Of a stretch of DNA of 43,202 nucleotides, positions 8,353 through 14,235 are shown one piece after another (position 1 is the stretch's first letter; each line of letters opens with the position of its first letter). The notes under the pieces were generated by a model, which saw only the letters and a list, made by a program, of their open reading frames with translations, ran no database searches and was not told where the DNA came from. The DNA is from Chloroflexota bacterium (GTDB taxonomy: Bacteria; Chloroflexota; Limnocylindria; Limnocylindrales; Limnocylindraceae). The position numbers and the translations under genes were made by a program. The DNA is taken from assembly GCA_039804225.1 (NCBI GenBank), contig JBDLWN010000005.1, positions 1 through 43,202 of the forward strand. The letters are read 5' to 3'.

Positions 8353-9050
8353 CACGCGATCCGAAGTTCAGCAACCTTCCTGAGGTTCAGCCAGATGGCA
8401 GTATTCAGTCGCCCACCACTGTCGGCAACACGCTGTGGAGCACCGACGACCCACGCGCATACGGCGGACTTCCACTTGAGGCACATCCGAACCTAGAGCT
8501 CGCGCGATACGACGCAACGGGCGACGGCCGCGTTGATGATGCACGCTGGGGCGGCGCGCTCTCTGCCATTCCAACAAAGGCCGACGTTGTGCTCGATCTG
8601 ATTCGCGCCAACAGCCTCTGGCCACTGCTCTCTGGTCTCGCCTGCTGCGCCATTGAGATGATGTCGACAGCAACGCCAAAGAACGACATTGATCGCTGGG
8701 GCATGTTCCCTTTCCGTGCCAGCCCACGTCAGGCCGACGTGTTGATCGTTGCCGGAACACTCACGACAAAAATGGCTGAGCCACTCATTCGCTTGTGGGA
8801 GCAGATGCCTGAACCGAAGTGGGTCGTTGCGATGGGCGACTGCACCTGCTCCGGTGGACGCTACAAGCGCAGCTACTCCGTGGTGCAGGGAATTGATCGC
8901 GTCATGCCTGTTGACGTGTACATCCCCGGGTGCCCACCGCGACCAGAGGGACTGATTTACGGAATGATGAAGTTGCAGCAGTTGGTAAAAGATCGACGCG
9001 GCCACTGGCCAGAGCGCGCGATCGGTCCAACAGTTCCGAAGGGGATCTAA
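8343..9050 (+). CDS. nuoB: NADH-quinone oxidoreductase subunit B (cluster N2), with an N-terminal extension of about 55 aa
   Basis: [41 protein letters not shown] and PGCPPRPE are all present, so all N2 Cys ligands are retained. The start ATG overlaps the nuoA stop by 10 nt. Confidence 0.93.
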   Translation: MAVTRDPKFSNLPEVQPDGSIQSPTTVGNTLWSTDDPRAYGGLPLEAHPNLELARYDATGDGRVDDARWGGALSAIPTKADVVLDLIRANSLWPLLSGLACCAIEMMSTATPKNDIDRWGMFPFRASPRQADVLIVAGTLTTKMAEPLIRLWEQMPEPKWVVAMGDCTCSGGRYKRSYSVVQGIDRVMPVDVYIPGCPPRPEGLIYGMMKLQQLVKDRRGHWPERAIGPTVPKGI

Positions 9051-9602
9051 GTGGATCGCCGACTCGCTGCGCTGTTGCAAGAGAAGGTTGGCGAGCGACT
9101 CCTTACACCGGTGCGCCAGCGATACGATGAGAGCGAAATCCGTGTGGCACTCAACGATGCGACCGACACGTTGCGCACGCTGCACGACGATCCATCGCTG
9201 CGATTTGAAATGCTGATTGACCTCTGCGGTGTTGATACCGGCGAAGAGATGCAGGTTGTGTATCACCTCTCCTCATCCACAAGTGGCGATTGGCTGCGTG
9301 TGATCGTTCCAGGCCTTGATCGCGCTGCGCCACGAATTGCTTCGGCAACATTCATGTGGCCAGGTGCTGAATGGATGGAGCGCGAGGCCTACGACATGTT
9401 CGGCATTATTTTTGAAGGGAATCGCGATTTGCGTCGTATCTACATGCCAGACGATTTCCGCAGCTTCCCGCTGCGCAAAGATTTCTATCTCGCTGACGAC
9501 GCATCACGCTCACCAGCGGCTGGCGTGCGCAACATGGAGCGCGCGGGAACACCGGCCGATGCAACCGCAGCAACAGTGCTGCGCAAGAGCCCAGGGGTAT
9601 AG
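9051..9602 (+). CDS. nuoC: NADH-quinone oxidoreductase subunit C
   Basis: The GTG start follows the nuoB stop directly. LIDLCGVD...VVYHL...WPGAEWMEREAYDMFGIIFEGNRDLRRIYMPDDF..FPLRKDF is the NuoC/30-kDa signature. Confidence 0.92.
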   Translation: MDRRLAALLQEKVGERLLTPVRQRYDESEIRVALNDATDTLRTLHDDPSLRFEMLIDLCGVDTGEEMQVVYHLSSSTSGDWLRVIVPGLDRAAPRIASATFMWPGAEWMEREAYDMFGIIFEGNRDLRRIYMPDDFRSFPLRKDFYLADDASRSPAAGVRNMERAGTPADATAATVLRKSPGV

Positions 9603-9604
9603 CG

Positions 9605-10816
9605 ATGACCCAGCAGATGCGCCCATCACTCGACGATCCGCGAGTAGCGATTCCCGCCGAATCAACGTGGTACGAGCCGGCGCCAATTCCACAAACGGAG
9701 CGACAGGCGGAGTTCCTCACGCTGCGTGAAGGCGAGATGTTTGTGAACATGGGGCCGCAGCACCCATCAACACACGGCGTGCTCCGCGTGATTATCAAGG
9801 TGAATGGCGAGAAAGTCGTTGACCTCGATCCGGTGCTCGGCTATCTGCACCGCGGCGTGGAGAAGCTTTGCGAGAACGCCGACTATCACCAGGCGATCTG
9901 CTACACCGACCCACTCGAATATGTGAGCTCGCTCTTCTGCGAAGCGGCACCAGTTGCCGCCTTTGAAAAGTTGATGGATGTTGATGTGCCACGCCGCGCG
10001 CAGTACATCCGCGTGCTAACGATGGAATTGAACCGCATCGCGAGCCACACCCTCTTTCAGGGGTGGATGGCGCTCGACCTCGGTGGCATCACGCCAATTC
10101 TCTGGGCATTCATTGAACGCGACGAGATCGTCGACATGCTTGCGGCCCTCACCGGCCAGAAGCTCCTCTACAACTACTACCGAATCGGCGGGGTGAACGG
10201 TGACTTGAACCACGAGTTCATGAGTCGTCTCGGCACCTGGATGAGCCGCGCCGCCGCTCAGATTGATTCAAACCTGGCCCTGATCAACGAGAACGAGATC
10301 TTCGTGCGGCGCACGCGCGGCCTCGGCGTTCTTGACGCAAAGACCGCCGTCAAAATGGGGGTCACCGGCCCAAACCTGCGCGCGAGCGGTGTGCCGTTTG
10401 ACCTGCGCCGCGACCGCCCGTATCTCGTCTACCCGGAGCTCGAATTCGACGTGCCAACGCGCGACGAGGGCGACTCGCTGGCGCGCTACCTGGTGCGCAT
10501 GGACGAGATCAAACAGTCGATCCGCATCATTGACCAGGTCCTTCACGAGATGCCCGATGGCCCAGTGATGGCGAAGTTGCCGCGCCTTCTTCGTCCGCGA
10601 CCGGGCCGCGCATTCGGCGCCGTTGAGGGGCCGCGCGGCGTCTATGGCACCTACGCCATTAGCGACGGCACCGATCAGCCATTCCGCATGCGCATTCACG
10701 ACCCATCATTTGTGCACCTGCAACTTGTTGGACCGCTCACCAAGGGGAATCTCATCGCCGACACCATGGCGGTGATGGCAAGCCTTGACCCAGTCATGGG
10801 CGGAGTCGACAAGTGA
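9605..10816 (+). CDS. nuoD: NADH-quinone oxidoreductase subunit D
   Basis: NMGPQHPSTHGVLRVIIKVNGEKVVDLDPVLGYLHRGVEKLCE... and the C-terminal IHDPSF..LQ...L.KG..IAD..A...SLDPVMGGVDK are the NuoD/49-kDa signature. Confidence 0.95.
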   Translation: MTQQMRPSLDDPRVAIPAESTWYEPAPIPQTERQAEFLTLREGEMFVNMGPQHPSTHGVLRVIIKVNGEKVVDLDPVLGYLHRGVEKLCENADYHQAICYTDPLEYVSSLFCEAAPVAAFEKLMDVDVPRRAQYIRVLTMELNRIASHTLFQGWMALDLGGITPILWAFIERDEIVDMLAALTGQKLLYNYYRIGGVNGDLNHEFMSRLGTWMSRAAAQIDSNLALINENEIFVRRTRGLGVLDAKTAVKMGVTGPNLRASGVPFDLRRDRPYLVYPELEFDVPTRDEGDSLARYLVRMDEIKQSIRIIDQVLHEMPDGPVMAKLPRLLRPRPGRAFGAVEGPRGVYGTYAISDGTDQPFRMRIHDPSFVHLQLVGPLTKGNLIADTMAVMASLDPVMGGVDK

Positions 10817-12153
10817 GCGGCGCATCAATGACGTGGAATCGACTGACGCCAGCCGGCCGCGCACTAGCGGTGCTGCTCCCCGTTCTCGCTATTGGTGGCG
10901 CGCTCACCACGCTCCTCCTCGCCACATTTGGTGGCGCTATCGCCGCAACAATTGGCGCAAATCTGCCGATCGTGCGCTTCCTCGTTGCCGCCGTTGTCAC
11001 CTTCCTCATCTCAGTGCCCGTTGCATTCCTCTTGATTTATATGGAGATGAAGATCATCGCGCTCATGAACTTGCGCATTGGACCCGATCGCATCGGACCA
11101 GCAGGCGCAGTGATGAGTGTGGTGCACGGCCTCAAGGTGCTCATGAAAGAGGACTACACGCCACCGAGCGTTGATGTGCCGGTCTTCACCCTTGCGCCTG
11201 TGGTCGTTTATCTCGCAAGTTTCATGACCCTGCTGGTGATTCCGTTTGCACCAGAGCTCACCAGTATGGGCTTCGAGCTTGGACTTCTCTACTTCTTCGC
11301 GATCGGTGGGCTCAGCGTCGTTGGCCTGATGATGGCGGGCTGGTCGTCGTTCAATAAGTACTCGCTGCTCGGCGGCATTCGCGCCGCAGCACAGGCTATC
11401 AGCTACGAGATTCCGCTGACCCTCTCTGTGGTGGGCATCGTGATCCTTACCGGCACGCTCTCACTACCGAAGATCGTCGCTGCACAAGATGGTTCGTTCC
11501 TTGACTGGTTCATCTTCCGCCAGCCACTTGCGGCGATCATCTTCTTTATCGCAATCACCGCAGAGGCAAACCGCACCCCGTTCGACAACGCCGAGGCCGA
11601 CCAAGAGATCGTTGCCGGGTTCGCCACCGAGTATTCGGGGATGCGCTTCGGATTCTTCTTCTTCGCGGAGTACGTCAACGTCTTCATCGTCTCGGCACTC
11701 TTTAGCGCCGTCTTCCTCGGTGGGTCAAACCCACCGATTCACATTGACCTGAATCCGCAGATCCTGATCGACCTCAGTGCGCTCGGCATCGGGCTGCCAC
11801 TCATTGCAGGTCTCGCACCAGTTGTGGGCACGCTGCTCTTCGCCGCACCGATCTGGTTCGCGAGTTCGCGCATCAAGGGTTGGCAGGCACTCGTTGCCGG
11901 ATTCCTGATCTTTGGTGGCGTGTCGACCGCAGCGGTCGGCATCTGGGCCTTTGTGATGCTTCCGCCAGTGGCCAGCCTCATCTGGTTCCTGATCAAAACC
12001 TTCTCGCTCGTCTTCATCTTTGTTTGGATGCGCGGCACACTGCCACGCGCACGCATTGACCAGCTGATGGGCTTCGCGTGGAAGTGGCTCTTGCCAGCAT
12101 CGCTGCTAAACATTTTTGCAACGGCGTTTGCCGTGCTGATTGCGGGGAGCTAA
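10813..12153 (+). CDS. nuoH: NADH-quinone oxidoreductase subunit H, enlarged to 446 aa
   Basis: RIGPDRIGPAGAVMSVVHGLKVLMKEDYTP, GWSSFNKYSLLGGIRAAAQAISYEIPL, TAEANRTPFDNAEADQEIVAGF.TEYSGMRFGFFFFAEY and WMRGTLPRARIDQLMGFAWKWLLP are NuoH motifs. The GTG at 10813 overlaps the nuoD stop (GTGA). Confidence 0.93.
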   Translation: MSGASMTWNRLTPAGRALAVLLPVLAIGGALTTLLLATFGGAIAATIGANLPIVRFLVAAVVTFLISVPVAFLLIYMEMKIIALMNLRIGPDRIGPAGAVMSVVHGLKVLMKEDYTPPSVDVPVFTLAPVVVYLASFMTLLVIPFAPELTSMGFELGLLYFFAIGGLSVVGLMMAGWSSFNKYSLLGGIRAAAQAISYEIPLTLSVVGIVILTGTLSLPKIVAAQDGSFLDWFIFRQPLAAIIFFIAITAEANRTPFDNAEADQEIVAGFATEYSGMRFGFFFFAEYVNVFIVSALFSAVFLGGSNPPIHIDLNPQILIDLSALGIGLPLIAGLAPVVGTLLFAAPIWFASSRIKGWQALVAGFLIFGGVSTAAVGIWAFVMLPPVASLIWFLIKTFSLVFIFVWMRGTLPRARIDQLMGFAWKWLLPASLLNIFATAFAVLIAGS

Positions 12154-12155
12154 CC

Positions 12156-12380
12156 ATGCCAAGAATTCCTGGCACCGGACTGCTATCGGGGATGCGCCTC
12201 ACACTGACGCGCTTCTTCCAGCCGAAGCGCACGGTGCTGTATCCGGAGGTGAAGCCAGACATTGCTCCGCGCAACCGTGGCCGACTCGAACTAGTCACCG
12301 ACGAGCACGGCACGCTGAAGTGCGAGACCTGTTTCCAGTGCGCGCAGGCATGCCCAATCGAATGCATTGACATGGGCGGC
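12156..12380 (+). other. NuoI N-terminal half-domain (amphipathic N-terminus plus the first CxxCxxCxxxCP, nt 12321-12356)
   Basis: See the parent CDS. Similarity to NuoI ends right after CPIECIDMGG; no second Cys motif follows in this ORF. Confidence 0.75.
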
Positions 12381-12977
12381 ACCGACACGAAGGGGCGCTT
12401 CGCCGTGCATTGGGGCCCCGCCGAACAGTACGCAGAGCGACGCGAAGAGTCGGCGATGCGCCGCTCCGGTCGAACCGTCTCTGATGCTGCTGCTGCAACT
12501 GGGGCGACGATCAACACCGCGAAGGTTGACGAGATTCTTGAAGCGCACGACTACGACCCGCATCACATGCTCGCAATCCTTGAAGAGATCCAGGCCGCCT
12601 ACGGCTACCTGCCAGTGGATGCACTGAAGCGAGTGAGCCGCGCTACCGGCGCCTGGTACGCCATGGTCTACGGCACCGCCACCTTCTATAAGCACCTCGC
12701 ATTCGAGCCAGGGGTGACCCGTTCGATCGCCGTCTGCCGCTGCGCTAACTGCCTCGTCTCTGGGGCGGGCTCAGTGATGGGCACCCTCAGCTACGAATTC
12801 GGCACCGAGTTCGGCCGGGCGATCCCGTGGAGCAACCTGCGCCTCGAGTCGCTTCCGAGCCACCTTCCTGACGCCCCATCGCCATTGGTCGTCATTGATG
12901 GGGAGCCGCAGCGTGACCTGAGTGCCAAGAACGCCGCCAGCTGGGCCGCCGCACTTGCCGGCAGGTACGCCGCATGA
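12156..12977 (+). CDS. nuoI-nuoE: Chimeric subunit: the N-terminal half of NuoI (first 4Fe-4S motif only) fused through a linker of about 45 aa to a NuoE-like thioredoxin-fold domain
   Basis: The ATG at 12156 lies 2 nt after the nuoH stop, with GGGGAG upstream. aa 1-75 read LTLTRFFQPKRTVLYPEVKPDIAPRNRGRLELV...KCETCFQCAQACPIECI, the NuoI N-terminus plus a single CxxCxxCxxxCP. aa ~122-273 read ILEAHDYDPHHMLAILEEIQAAYGYLPVDALKRVSRATGAWYAMVYGTATFYKHLAFEPGVTRSIAVCRCANC, the NuoE layout. The stop overlaps the next gene (ATGA). Confidence 0.85.
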   Translation: MPRIPGTGLLSGMRLTLTRFFQPKRTVLYPEVKPDIAPRNRGRLELVTDEHGTLKCETCFQCAQACPIECIDMGGTDTKGRFAVHWGPAEQYAERREESAMRRSGRTVSDAAAATGATINTAKVDEILEAHDYDPHHMLAILEEIQAAYGYLPVDALKRVSRATGAWYAMVYGTATFYKHLAFEPGVTRSIAVCRCANCLVSGAGSVMGTLSYEFGTEFGRAIPWSNLRLESLPSHLPDAPSPLVVIDGEPQRDLSAKNAASWAAALAGRYAA

Positions 12978-14233
12978 AGCGACTGAACGCCCCCAAGGGA
13001 TGGAGCCAGCTCCTCTTCGTGGCGCCGACCGAGCCGTGGGCGGCACTCCGCGCCGCCGCGTCGGCGGGGGCCGCTGGTACGACCGCAACCCTGATCGCCG
13101 CCGGCCTTCGCGGCCGTGGCGGCGGCGGCTTCCTTACTGGAGCTAAGTGGCAGGCGACCGCCGCCGAGCCAGCGAGCCAGTACTTCGCCGTGGCGAACGG
13201 CTACGAATCCGACCCCGCCGTCTTCACCAACCGCCTCCTCATGGAGGAGAATCCACAGGCAATTGTCGAAGGCCTCGCTATTGCTGCTCTTACGGTGGGT
13301 GCCCGCGAAGCGTTCATCGCCGTGCGCGCCGAATACACAGAAGCGATCAAACGACTTGAAGCGGTCATCGCCAACGCCGAACGCGAGGGCATCCTCGGGG
13401 CCACGCTGCTGGGCACCGGCCGCGAACTGATCATCACCGTTCGCCCACTCCAAGGCTCCAGCATGATCGGCGAAGAGACGGTGTTGATGAAGGCGCTCGC
13501 CGGCAAGCGCGGCCAGCCAGAGCAGACCCCGCCATACCCATCAGAGGTCGGCTACCTCGGCAAGCCAACCGCCGTGAACAACGTCGCCACACTCGCTGCG
13601 GTGCCGTGGATCCTCAACAACGGCGCAGAGGCCTTCGCACAGATTGGCGACTCCGCACAGCCAGGCACCGTGCTCGTGCAGATCAGTGGTTCGGTCGCGA
13701 ACCCTGGCGTCATTGAAGTACCGACCGGCACGCCACTCAACGAGATCATCGCGGCAGCGGGCGGCACTGCAAGCGGCGCTTCGATCAAGGCACTACTCGC
13801 TGGTGGGCCAACGGGCGGATTTATTCCGGCGAACCTTTTCGGCGGCACCCCCTATAGCGGCGCGGGCCTCAAGGGTGTTGGCGCACACATCGGCTCGGGC
13901 GCACTCCTCGCACTCGACAACTCGGTCGCCATTCCAGAGCTCGCCACCATGCTGACGCGCTGGTGTGCCGACGAGGCGTGCGGCAAGACCATTCCGTGCC
14001 GCATCGGCACACGCCGGCTCGCCGAGATCGGCCAGCGCTTTGTTGACGGCTTGGCCGGCCCCGCCGATGCAGAGCGGCTGCAGAAGCTCGCCGCCGATGT
14101 CACTGATAGCGCCCTCTGCGCACATGAGGCGCTTGCGCCAAGCCCGCTCCTCACGGGGGTGCGATACTTTGCCTCTGAGTTTGGACCTGCCGTTGCCGCA
14201 TCGTCGGCAACACCAACGAGCGGACGGAGCTGA
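12974..14233 (+). CDS. nuoF: NuoF-like (51-kDa/HydB/StnB-type) flavoprotein subunit, divergent
   Basis: GLRGRGGGGFLTGAKW, ANGYESDPAVFTNRLLME, GSSMIGEETVLMKALAGKRGQPEQTPPYP, GKPTAVNNVATLA and DEACGKTIPCRIG...ALCAHE align to the NuoF motif series (GLRGRGGAGFPTG, NADESEPG, GAGAYICGEE, RxKPPFP, PTxxNNVET, ESCGKCxPCREG...C). Several substitutions fall at ligand positions. Confidence 0.85.
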   Translation: MKRLNAPKGWSQLLFVAPTEPWAALRAAASAGAAGTTATLIAAGLRGRGGGGFLTGAKWQATAAEPASQYFAVANGYESDPAVFTNRLLMEENPQAIVEGLAIAALTVGAREAFIAVRAEYTEAIKRLEAVIANAEREGILGATLLGTGRELIITVRPLQGSSMIGEETVLMKALAGKRGQPEQTPPYPSEVGYLGKPTAVNNVATLAAVPWILNNGAEAFAQIGDSAQPGTVLVQISGSVANPGVIEVPTGTPLNEIIAAAGGTASGASIKALLAGGPTGGFIPANLFGGTPYSGAGLKGVGAHIGSGALLALDNSVAIPELATMLTRWCADEACGKTIPCRIGTRRLAEIGQRFVDGLAGPADAERLQKLAADVTDSALCAHEALAPSPLLTGVRYFASEFGPAVAASSATPTSGRS

Positions 14234-14235
14234 TC

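Noticed and set aside
12078-12155. The upstream ORF-track start (12078) for the NuoI'::NuoE' gene. Likewise 4616 for the PurH-like gene, 6616 for the methyltransferase, 26160 for acyltransferase 2 and 27101 for the PHP gene.
   Set aside because: These starts would overlap the preceding gene by 40-130 nt. Internal ATGs at 12156, 4730, 6742, 26250 and 27143 give classic ATGA or short-spacer junctions, and the protein similarity begins there.
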